In this document: one piece after another, positions 37,101 through 45,866 of the stretch
Layout of the letters: every line of letters begins with the position of its first letter
How positions within the stretch are numbered: position 1 is the stretch's first letter
Origin: Oopsacas minuta
Lineage: Eukaryota; Animalia; Porifera
Reading direction: 5' to 3'
DNA: 64,000 nt
NCBI GenBank assembly: GCA_024704765.1
Contig: JAKMXF010000222.1
Location: forward strand, 1,301,424 to 1,365,423
Program-made: the position numbers and the translations under genes
The notes under the pieces: model-generated
Databases searched by the model: none
What the model saw: the letters and a program-made list of their open reading frames with translations, nothing else
Told to the model about the DNA's origin: nothing

Positions 37101-37394
37101 CGAACATTTTAAGCAGATGAAGCACCGCCGCTTTCTTTTGTAATGTCAAATAGTATCCCTGAATTGAGTTTAGTATCTTAATAAATGCTCTTACTATAAT
37201 GTAGACTAATCTAATGCTCCCTAGCCTAGTAATCTGGTACTTTATGAATTAAAAAGGTTATACATGTAAGAAAAGGAGACTGGGTCGTACTTGTTATACA
37301 CAAGTAATTAACTTTTCAAAAATATTTATCCCTGCAATTGCCCTCCCGAAATACTTCTTGCCCCCCTGAATGTCTTGCTCTAGCTACGTGCCTG
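34199..37394 (+). mobile_element. Full-length hAT DNA transposon (~3.2 kb) with perfect 14-bp TIRs CAGGCACGTAGCTA
   Basis: TIRs at 34199-34212 and 37381-37394 (TAGCTACGTGCCTG), G/C-rich subterminal tracts, single uninterrupted transposase ORF. Confidence 0.93.
34825..37143 (+). CDS. hAT transposase (ZMYM1-like: TTF-type Zn finger, DUF4371 region, DDE core, C-terminal dimerisation domain), 772 aa
   Basis: WIEYS..AIFCQPC, ILADE, GQGYDGAS, HCASHRLNL, TRWS, CKVERMFS, KTRLRSQMTTERLNHLALLSIE. Confidence 0.93.
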   Translation: MTKRLQQSKVQAYFKRNRIEIEDHVVSSNYEEVEPVVTSLQVSTPLTSDFCTTISTPSLNTTHIQSPIVTVNDLSKNGEKPRQPSIIFPKNKAGRHFSTHWYAQFSWIEYSKELDAIFCQPCRLFGGSTAEATFSTKGLCDWRKLGDKCRKHDSSVCHMAAVETQKVWAIHQIIGTVDKQLDPNFRNEKFIDDNRKHLMTVLDIITFCAKQDIPLRGDDESDQSLNKGNFLEILELLGKYDSNVTKRIESLPGNAKMLSPDIQNDLLTSLASVLLDYVKSEVEIASCYAILADEVKDASKKELLGASLRYIHKGNVRERAIGFIELKDMDAGTISEKLIELLKPFELDPLKCVGQGYDGASVMSGIHGGVQARMKGAGYRNATYVHCASHRLNLVLAATAERHPLMKSFFDILDLTYSFMNETKRHAVFIDVQNERYPNVQALELARSRSTRWSSRSLEVERFLRRFDCILDTLSIFGNDNDADTSLAAKSLLGSLQTKKFMTILVYFGRLYDYSDFCTKAFQKSTATVSSCLILLADLRERLVNFDFDKVVEYVKDLSGKYEIENFDVRDTIRQRRLPERFREGYLNSSVGHTNASNFEELEILLRQNVREILAELDARFGTDQSGIMKAADCCLPRSQNFLNKQELNTLSELYAIDIKDCEIEVFRSFIARKDESQLNTLIDVLDVIDKDIFPDVFNLYQILVTIPQTSCKVERMFSSIKRIKTRLRSQMTTERLNHLALLSIEKDIAETLCYNDVIEHFKQMKHRRFLL

Positions 37395-37643
37395 CTACAC
37401 CCTACTGAACAGTATACTACACCCTAATGAACAGTATACTACACCCTACTGAACAGTATACTACACCCTACTGAACAGTATACTACACCCTACTGAACAG
37501 TATACTACACCCTACTGTACAGTATACTACACCCTACTGAACAGTATACTACACCCTACTGAACAGTATACTACACCCTACTGTACAGTATACTACACCC
37601 TACTGTACAGTATACTACACCCTACTGTACAGTATACTACACC
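37395..37643 (+). repeat. 22-bp minisatellite (ctacaccctactgWacagtata), ~11.3 copies, abutting the hAT right TIR
   Basis: Direct reading; units differ only at gaac/gtac plus one substitution; no unique spacers. Confidence 0.95.
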
Positions 37644-38258
37644 ACGGCCCAGCGAGTAACTTAATTTGTGGGACAGGAATATTATTTTAAGTTCGACTAA
37701 TTTTCCGTGAATCCTTTCGTAATCAGGGCAATGATCTTTTGAAATTTACGTAAGTTACATTACTTACATACAATATTCCATATACGTACGTATATTCAGC
37801 ACTAAGGGACTTTCTACAATGTTCCAGACCGTTGCAGCATTTGAATAGTAGTAGTGGTGATATATATACTATTATTTTCAATAAGAAAGGATATAAAGGG
37901 CCTAGCCGATATATTCTTATATCGGTACTCTTCTCATACAAAATGATAGGGGAAAAGATAATTACTAGCAGAAATGTTTCTTATAACCGATATATTCTAT
38001 GTTCTTACTGTACGTATATTGTTTAGTGGATTAAACTTTCTTAACACGCTTAAATATGTAAATATGTATGTTTGCTTTTCGATTTCGATTTCGATTTGGA
38101 TGATGAGAACTGTTTGCTTTCTAACCCGTCAATCCTTATGCATATGTTCAAACCTTGTTTGGTAGATTGCAACCTTTATATTGTTTATTTATACTTTCCT
38201 TTATTAATATCATATTAATTACTAGTTAGTTAATTTTACAATATATTTATACACTCAC

Positions 38259-38657
38259 ATGATTACTGCTCGATATGGATCTCAATCTGTTTCCGATCTC
38301 GACTTTTTTGAGAAGCGATTGTGCGATATTATTCAGAGGCACAAGAATATAGCTATTATATGGAAGTTATTTTCATTTGCAAGTATCCTCTCTTTCGCTG
38401 TTACCATTTATTTTTATCTCGAATTTGAGCGTGTTCCTTTCTGCACCCTTTTTGATCATTTATATCAACTGAAATGGCCAATTTTATCTATTCTGTTAAA
38501 TATATTGTTATATTATTATGGAGGGATTACGAGATTGAAATCACACGATATTATTATCCAGCGGTGCAGGAATGTATTATATAACTACAGATTAGAATCT
38601 GTAAGTAACGATACATTTCTTAAAAGTTATCCATATTTGCATTTATTATGTATTTGA
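38259..38657 (+). CDS. CNEP1R1: Nuclear envelope phosphatase-regulatory subunit 1 (TMEM188/Spo7-like); 3' end uncertain (possible intron from 38601)
   Basis: DLDFFEKRL (cf. DLKAFERRL), two hydrophobic segments, IIIQRCRNVL (cf. IIAARCRTVL). Confidence 0.8.
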   Translation: MITARYGSQSVSDLDFFEKRLCDIIQRHKNIAIIWKLFSFASILSFAVTIYFYLEFERVPFCTLFDHLYQLKWPILSILLNILLYYYGGITRLKSHDIIIQRCRNVLYNYRLESVSNDTFLKSYPYLHLLCI

Positions 38658-39256
38658 GTCTAACTTGTCGTATTATTGCTGAATCAGTGCGTCTTTGTAC
38701 TTCTACAAGTTATATTTGTTCACATGAATTATTATATGTCTTATCTATACAGAGGTGATCAACCTGGGCCCACGGAGCCTTAAATGATTATTACAAATAT
38801 GGATTACAGCCAGGGGCGCTTAATGTGAACCAGTTTATTATCAGCATTCTACCATTATGAATCAAGTCGGCGGTCGCAATAATATAATCTCCATGGGATG
38901 ATAAATTCAGTTTGCTCAATATGAATTCTTTTTATTACAATACTCTCAACAAATTACATAGTATGTTGGTGATAGCCACCAAAATGCCCAACATTGTGGC
39001 TTACTTAAGCTACACAAAACATTTCAGACTGAGCTCATGATCTCCATTGAAGGCAAATTTGAGGAATATATTATCATCAATTGTTGATTTGTAGACTTTT
39101 AGTCATTTCGTATTTTTTGCATATGTAGAAATTATGTATAATTTTAGGTTACACTCTTTCTTTTCTAGCTACCTGCATAAAAATTCCAATTAAATAGCCT
39201 CAAAAATAAAAATCACATTACTTAACAAATTTAAGTATATACTTGTAGTGTTAGAT

Positions 39257-40336
39257 ATGACGGTACAGTGTAAGTACTGCGAGAAGAGAGCACAGCTTAA
39301 GCGACCCAAGACGGGCCACGCTGTGTGTAAGAGTTGTTTCTGCTCGATTTTCGAGGAGGAGGTCCACCAGGTGATCACTGAGTACGGGTTATTCAGAAAA
39401 GGAGATGTAGTGGGTATAGGCGCATCAGGAGGTAAGGACTCTACTGTACTAGCTTATGTATTGAATGAGTTGAATAAGAGGCATTCATACGGACTGAAAT
39501 TGCATCTGGTATCTGTAGATGAGGGGATTACAGGGTATAGAGACGATTCTCTCCAGTCAGTCAAGAGGAACGAGTCAGAGTATGCTATTCCTCTCACTGT
39601 TGTATCATATAAGGAATTGTATGGATGGACTATGGATGAGATTGTGAAAGAGATCGGCAGAAGGAATAACTGTACTTTTTGTGGAGTTTTCCGTAGACAG
39701 GCTCTTGACCGTGCTGCCCTCAAACTCCATGTTAACAAGCTAGTCACTGGTCATAATGCAGACGACATAGCTGAGACCGTAATAATGAACACACTTCGTG
39801 GAGATATAGCACGCTTGCAGAGATGTACGAATATAGTTACAGGTTCTGAGAGTCTTGAGGAAGGGGATTTAGTGCCTAGATGTAAACCTTTCAAATTTGT
39901 GTATGAGAAAGAAATAGTATTGTATGCATATCATAAGAAGCTAGACTATTTCTCTACAGAATGTATATACTCTCCTAATGCTTATAGAGGATATGCTCGT
40001 TCTTATATCAAAGATCTAGAGAGAGTACATCCACATGCTATCATAGATATTATACAGTCTGGAGACCATATGACAGCTCGTGTTGATGCTAAGATGCCTA
40101 CGCGAATAGAATGCACTCGTTGTCACTACATATCATCTCAAATACTGTGTAAAGCTTGTATTCTCCTAGATGGACTTAATTCAGGTAAACCCAGACTGAG
40201 TCTGACAAAAGCATCTAGACCTCTAGCAGTCAGTAAGGAAGTATGTAGCAAGAAGGATAAAGTTTCTAAAGGCAAAGAATGTTCTGGAAGTTGTGGATGT
40301 GCTGAAATTCAAGGAAATGATATTAACTATTTCTAA
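39257..40336 (+). CDS. CTU1: Cytoplasmic tRNA 2-thiolation protein 1, intronless
   Basis: CxxC...CxxC Zn site, PP-loop [43 protein letters not shown]-terminal CTRC/CKAC. Confidence 0.95.
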   Translation: MTVQCKYCEKRAQLKRPKTGHAVCKSCFCSIFEEEVHQVITEYGLFRKGDVVGIGASGGKDSTVLAYVLNELNKRHSYGLKLHLVSVDEGITGYRDDSLQSVKRNESEYAIPLTVVSYKELYGWTMDEIVKEIGRRNNCTFCGVFRRQALDRAALKLHVNKLVTGHNADDIAETVIMNTLRGDIARLQRCTNIVTGSESLEEGDLVPRCKPFKFVYEKEIVLYAYHKKLDYFSTECIYSPNAYRGYARSYIKDLERVHPHAIIDIIQSGDHMTARVDAKMPTRIECTRCHYISSQILCKACILLDGLNSGKPRLSLTKASRPLAVSKEVCSKKDKVSKGKECSGSCGCAEIQGNDINYF

Positions 40337-40604
40337 CCATGCATGTTAGTACTGTATGGCATTCAGAATATCGGAAGAAATACAAAATGGGAAATAAGCT
40401 GTTAGAAGCTAGTTCAGCAGAGCTCTCTACTACATGAAACTACGTAATTGCGGTCAACTATTTCTACATGGGGTTTGTTTTATACTTATATCTGCATGTA
40501 TTAATTCAGTCATTTGAATATTTGTATACTTGGTTATTATCTCTTCATCAATTCTTACTATTATTACCATTCATGAAATAGATACACGGTAATACATCTA
40601 TATA

Positions 40605-41155
40605 TTAAATCTCAATTGTTGTTTGTCTGTTTGTCAAGGAAATGATTTACTGTATGCAATTTTGAAATTGTCGCATAACTATGTATTTATCGTGTTTATC
40701 AAGGAAGTAAATAGAATTCAATAAAACTTCGCTAAATATATCGAACATGCTGAATCCGATTTTCACACTTGGATTAATCATATGTAAATTTATTGTTATT
40801 TTTATGAATATAAAGTAAACAAATTAGCCAAATTTCAAAATATACGTACAGGCTTGCTCTAAACGGCTAACCAGGGGTAACTAAGTACGCTAAATACGAA
40901 TTTCGCATTTTCAAGTTTCTCATATGTAAATTTATTGTTGTTTTGATGAATATAAAGTAAACAAATTTCAAATTTGAGATAGAATCATACTTTCAACGAC
41001 GATACTGGTATACTCGAGCATGCTGAGTCTGCATATTGTAAACAGCATCAATTTTAATAAATCTCAATTGTTGTTTGTCTGTTTGTTTGTCCGTTGAATA
41101 CCTCGAGGCGCAATGCGCCGAGTTCATCGCGAAGCGACGAGCCAAATGCTCGTTA
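40605..41155 (+). mobile_element. Helitron/HINE-like family A copy 4 with an internal ~90-bp module and local duplication
   Basis: Colinear with 4425-4836; catatgtaaatttattg...gtaaacaaatt block occurs twice; ACGAGC-caaat-GCTCGT end. Confidence 0.7.
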
Positions 41156-41261
41156 TTAATAATAATAATAATAATACATGTATTTTTTACTTTTTGTAAT
41201 TGTTGATGTATTATACTAAATAATTGTATGAGATAGCTATTTGCTGTCTACTAGTAGTACG

Positions 41262-41275
41262 TATTCCTCCTTCAG
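41262..41275 (+). promoter_or_regulatory. Polypyrimidine tract + CAG (3' splice-acceptor-like) directly abutting the BOLA3 ATG
   Basis: tattcctccttcag|ATG; the clearest example of a pattern seen at many genes here. Confidence 0.55.
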
Positions 41276-41680
41276 ATGTCTCTGAGATATCTCATAAATT
41301 CATTAGTTTATACAAGATTCACATTCTCCAGAACTAATACAAGCTCGCTAATTAGAATGGCATCTAGCAATCAGCCAGGAGCAGGTAACACTTCTCAATG
41401 TCAATGTCCAACTGACGAAGACAGTCATTCAACTCTACTGACTGAGAATGCTAAGAGAGAGAAGAGAATGCATTCTCTCCTCACAGAAGCATTGACTCCT
41501 ATTGCAATACACATAGAAGATATGTCAGGAGGATGTGGTGCTATGTTTAGGATCAGTGTATGCTCAGATAAGTTTAGAGGAAAGAAAATGCTAGAGCAAC
41601 ATAGGATGGTTAATACTATATTGAAGGAAGAGATCAAATCGATTCATGCTATTACTCTAGATACTAGTATTCCTGAATGA
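41276..41680 (+). CDS. BOLA3: BolA-like protein 3 with a probable mitochondrial presequence
   Basis: EDMSGGCGAMFRI, FRGKKMLEQHRMVN..LKEEIKSIHA; Arg/Ser-rich N-terminus. Confidence 0.9.
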   Translation: MSLRYLINSLVYTRFTFSRTNTSSLIRMASSNQPGAGNTSQCQCPTDEDSHSTLLTENAKREKRMHSLLTEALTPIAIHIEDMSGGCGAMFRISVCSDKFRGKKMLEQHRMVNTILKEEIKSIHAITLDTSIPE

Positions 41681-41705
41681 TTAATTTATATATTCTTGTT
41701 GAATA

Positions 41706-41881
41706 TTTCCGATAGATTTATATTATCAAATCTCAATTGTTGTCTGTCTGTCTGTCTGATTATGGCAGTATCATGTTTGCTATGTTTAAGATTATGAGTT
41801 TATGTGCTCGAGAGCCGTAGGTCCGAGTGCGGAAACGAAGTGTTCGCAACCGCGTAGCGAGGGCAAGCGAAGCGAGCTAGT
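41706..41881 (+). mobile_element. Helitron-like fragment ending CTAG|T; related 3' ends on the minus strand at ~29755-29830 and ~60555-60630
   Basis: (gtct)n microsatellite, then gcaagcgaagcgagctag followed by T. Confidence 0.5.
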
Positions 41882-42068
41882 AAATAATTAAAAAGTCGAA
41901 TATTTTTTGGTCTACAGAATTTCCTTGAGGTCATATATAGGTTAATTAGTATATACCTTGTAGAATTGATCTCCCCTGCACTGTTTAGGCTATTGAAGTG
42001 ATTAACTATGTACGATTTAAATCATTTCGATTAGATATTATCGTTACTCAGAATAATACTACATGGTA

Positions 42069-42233
42069 CAGTGGATCCGAACCTTTTATTCCGAACAAAG
42101 GACAGTCAAATTTTGTTCGCTTTATTCGAATGTATTAACCGGAGTAATATGTATTGAATCCATTATAGGGTCCTGATTTTGTGTAAATATTTCATCGTCT
42201 TATCCGAGAATTCATATTAACGAGGTTCCACTG
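42069..42233. mobile_element. Tc1/mariner-like MITE (CAGTGGA TIR, TA TSD); sister copy at 45044-45213
   Basis: ta|cagtgga...gaggttccactg|ta; internal blocks ggacNgtcaaattttgttc and tataggg shared between the copies. Confidence 0.7.
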
Positions 42234-42460
42234 TACGTACGTATTACAATTGTTGCATTATAAGAAGATAGGAATTTCTAACTAGCGACCTAGTTTGTAG
42301 GGAAGATTTGTATTTAGCAACCTAGGTTGCTGCTTAGAAACCGCCAAAATATATAATAAAATACAATATGCTAAGATTTAGATATACTTGATTCAAAAGA
42401 AATAGACATTATAAATTGATTCGATTCTCCTAAATTCAAGTACGAATCAATCTGCAACAG

Positions 42461-44908
42461 ATGAACTGGTTAGTTGTACAAAAAGGCAATAATAACACTT
42501 TTCCAACTCTTGCTGATCGCAGCTTATTATCTCTTGTCAAATCAATTAAATTAAGTTATAATGCAAGCAGGGAAACAAAAGACTTACATGCTGAGGCAGT
42601 TAAGTACAGTAAGATTATAAAACCTAATGCCATTGATAGTTTTGGTAGTGTATCCAGAAAATACACTGAAAATTACCTTAATGTATTTGCACGAAAGTAT
42701 CTCCCTCCACTCATGTATTGTGAGTACTATAAATATGCACTTATTCAGATTAAATACTATCTACAGACGAACTTACTATCTGGTCATGGTCCTATTCCTC
42801 CTTGGATATCAGACAGACTTCTAGCTCATATTGTTACTGATGAAGAGTGTCCTAATGAATTCTTCAAAGGTTTTTTTTCATCTGAGGTCTGTTCCTTGTT
42901 AAATATAGAAATAACAAATCGAGCAAAACTTTCACTTTTGATTAATCGTCGACTATTATACCTGAGTGCTACTAACATAACCAAATTAGATCTATCACAC
43001 TGTCACTGTATTGACGATACATTGATTGAATCATATTCTAAATCTAGAGCTGCTAACTCTTTGATAGTATTAAAACTCAGAGGTTGTGAATTATTTACAA
43101 ATATATCTTGTCTGGGTTCATTTGTGAATCTCTATCATCTTGATTTGAGTGAAAATTATAGCCTGAATTTTAAAAGTAACAGCTCGTTTACTGAGATTCT
43201 CTACTCTTTGATACATTTATTCCCCAATATACTTATACTGGATCTTCATTTCACAAAATTCATTGCGAGAAATTGGGATATCCAAGTTCACTCGTCAGAT
43301 GCTTGTTTGTTTTCAACCTTAAAAATTCAACAACTCTACCTGTACACTGATATAAGAAGTGAAGGGATACCTTGTACTCAAAATCTGAAGGTATTCTATA
43401 GTTCCATAACTAGTCTCCCAAGCCTCACACATCTAGATTTATCAGGATGGCCATATCTTAACCAGCTGAGTTCATTAATAACTTGTAGACAGATGAACAA
43501 ATTGCTATTCTTTGGCACCTATAAAACATCTTTGACTGGAATCAGGTCTGAATTTGATTTGACAAATTGTGAGATAACTGGAATGAACGATGAAGAACAG
43601 ATTATATCTACATTGTCCCATTATTCTCATCACAGTAATTACCTCAATGATTTATATAAAACATTGGAATATCTAATACTACACCATTCATTAGTCAATC
43701 TTTCTGGTGAGACTATTCAGCAGTTAATTCGGCTAATTATTGCTTCAGTGGAGCATCATTTATCTGAGATGACGTCAGAGTTTATTAGCACTCAGAGTAG
43801 TTTCACCTTCCTTACAAATGCTGTGTCTTGTATTTTAGAATTATTTTTTTATGAGCAATCTCAAACAGGACAATTTCCATGCTGTTTAAGACAGCGTGAT
43901 ATCGAGTTATTAATCATAGTATTGTATAGGATTAATTCTGCTTATATTGATGAAACGGTAGCTTATTTGGCATATCCTACAATTATGTGTATAGCCTTTT
44001 CTCTCGAAAATAGACCTATAATTCTACAAGAATCAATGGTCTCTATTTGTTCTCAATTCATGTCTTCTAGCATAGAATATCATTTATTAAATCCCTCTGA
44101 GCATACAACACTCGTACTAGTAAATGCTGGCATAAATGTGGTAGGTGCTCTCGTATTTTCAGCTAAAGATTCTGAGAGGGGAAAATTGGGGATAAAATTA
44201 GAGGAAATTGGTTCATTGGTCAAACTTCTTCGAATGAAATTATTTTTGTTTACGTTCGATGAACCTTTTAACTTTGCGACTAAGTTGATATCACATCTCG
44301 CTTATCAACATTTCGCTACATGTATATATCTATGCGTAGAGGAACATAGAAAAGTATTAATTCGCATAATAGAGGACTGTACAGAGAAGGCATATGTTGT
44401 TAGTAATGTTCTGTTAATACTTAAAAATATTGCTTGGTTTTGTTATAACCACCAAGAGAGTATGGTCGTTTCTAAGTTTCTCCCTGTAATTGTTCATATA
44501 TTTTCTAATCCCCTGGACTATAGTCAACAGACCAAGATATCAGCTATAGCTTTCACAGCCTTCTACGCATTAGGACAGGAAAGGTGGAATTGGGAAGAGA
44601 GTAGTGAAGAAGCATTGAGCTATGTTGAGGCTACTATAGGGGAGTTAGATTACAAGTCAATTTCTGTAAATTACGAACATATGGACATTATTCTTAAATG
44701 TTATACTAGTGCTAAAGATCCGCGAGTAAATATATGTGCACTCTTTCTACTCTGCACAATTTCTACTCTGCAGCTCTATATACCTGAACATTTTGTAATA
44801 ATGTTATCACAGTCAATAGCAACTACTCGATCTTTTGCTTCAAAATATCCTCCTGGCTCATTATACTATACTTTAGCAGAAAAGATAATTTCGTTAGTTC
44901 ACCCATAA
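42461..44908 (+). CDS. ZYG-11/ZER1-like LRR + ARM-like protein (putative CRL2 substrate receptor), intronless, 815 aa
   Basis: N-terminal PTLADRSL, LRRs ITKLDLSHC / LIVLKLRGC / LYHLDLSEN / LTHLDLSGW, EITG..NEEQI-like segment, helical C-terminal half. Confidence 0.6.
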   Translation: MNWLVVQKGNNNTFPTLADRSLLSLVKSIKLSYNASRETKDLHAEAVKYSKIIKPNAIDSFGSVSRKYTENYLNVFARKYLPPLMYCEYYKYALIQIKYYLQTNLLSGHGPIPPWISDRLLAHIVTDEECPNEFFKGFFSSEVCSLLNIEITNRAKLSLLINRRLLYLSATNITKLDLSHCHCIDDTLIESYSKSRAANSLIVLKLRGCELFTNISCLGSFVNLYHLDLSENYSLNFKSNSSFTEILYSLIHLFPNILILDLHFTKFIARNWDIQVHSSDACLFSTLKIQQLYLYTDIRSEGIPCTQNLKVFYSSITSLPSLTHLDLSGWPYLNQLSSLITCRQMNKLLFFGTYKTSLTGIRSEFDLTNCEITGMNDEEQIISTLSHYSHHSNYLNDLYKTLEYLILHHSLVNLSGETIQQLIRLIIASVEHHLSEMTSEFISTQSSFTFLTNAVSCILELFFYEQSQTGQFPCCLRQRDIELLIIVLYRINSAYIDETVAYLAYPTIMCIAFSLENRPIILQESMVSICSQFMSSSIEYHLLNPSEHTTLVLVNAGINVVGALVFSAKDSERGKLGIKLEEIGSLVKLLRMKLFLFTFDEPFNFATKLISHLAYQHFATCIYLCVEEHRKVLIRIIEDCTEKAYVVSNVLLILKNIAWFCYNHQESMVVSKFLPVIVHIFSNPLDYSQQTKISAIAFTAFYALGQERWNWEESSEEALSYVEATIGELDYKSISVNYEHMDIILKCYTSAKDPRVNICALFLLCTISTLQLYIPEHFVIMLSQSIATTRSFASKYPPGSLYYTLAEKIISLVHP

Positions 44909-45866
44909 TCTCTATATCTTACGCTACAAACCAACAGCACAATAATTTATGTAATTCATCATTTGTTATTTTCTAAAGTATTTTTATACAAAGCAATTGA
45001 ACGAGATTTTAACACCTCTAGAGTGATGAGGAATCTATCAAGCCAGTGGAACCTCTTTAATTCGAGCACCAACGGACGGTCAAATTTTGTTCCCCCTATC
45101 CGGAAATCGTATAAATCGGAGTAATATTTAATTGTATATCTACTATAGGGACCTGATTATGTGAAAATATTTATTTGTCTTATCCAGAAATTCGTACTAA
45201 TGAGGTTTCACTGTATTTTGTAACCCTCCAGGGATCTTGGAGCATAGATTCCGACCTGGCGTCTCGTGAAACTGAGATTTCTTCTCAAAAGGCGTGAGAT
45301 TTGGCATTTCAGCACCTAGCGTAAGTCTCACGGAGTCATGGGTAGTCACAAAAAGTTGGCATTTCTGCCTGGAGTATTTTGGGCTGTGTTTTTACAGAAT
45401 TCCAGGAAATAATTTAAGAACTTAGAGAATAGAGTAAAACCTCCATTAGGGAACACCTCCGCTTAGGGGACACTTTTTAAAGTCCCGATTTTCTCCTATG
45501 CTTTAACATTGATACCTACCTCCCATTAAGGAACACCTCCCTTAGTGAACAGGGAACACTCTTTTGTGTCTCAAATATCACTTACGGACCTCTCATTAAA
45601 GGACATAAGTGTTTATCATAATTCGTGGGGATCAAGATGACAGTCAGTTGGCTGTATTTTGTTCACAGTTTGTGGTGAACAGTGTGATCGATGTTGTCTG
45701 GATGTAAAACTTGTAATTCCAGGGAAATTTTCGTAAACCCCGCGATTTAGCAACTAAAATCTTTGGAAGTTATTATAGGGAACCTGTAAATATGATGTTG
45801 TGTATATATGTATGTTACTTTACTCTGTATTACAACCTCACCACATCTTCAATTAGCTTGCTATAC

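Noticed and set aside
37395-37643. 22-bp and 33-bp arrays as CRISPR arrays
   Set aside because: Head-to-tail units with no unique spacers, no cas genes, and a eukaryotic context.
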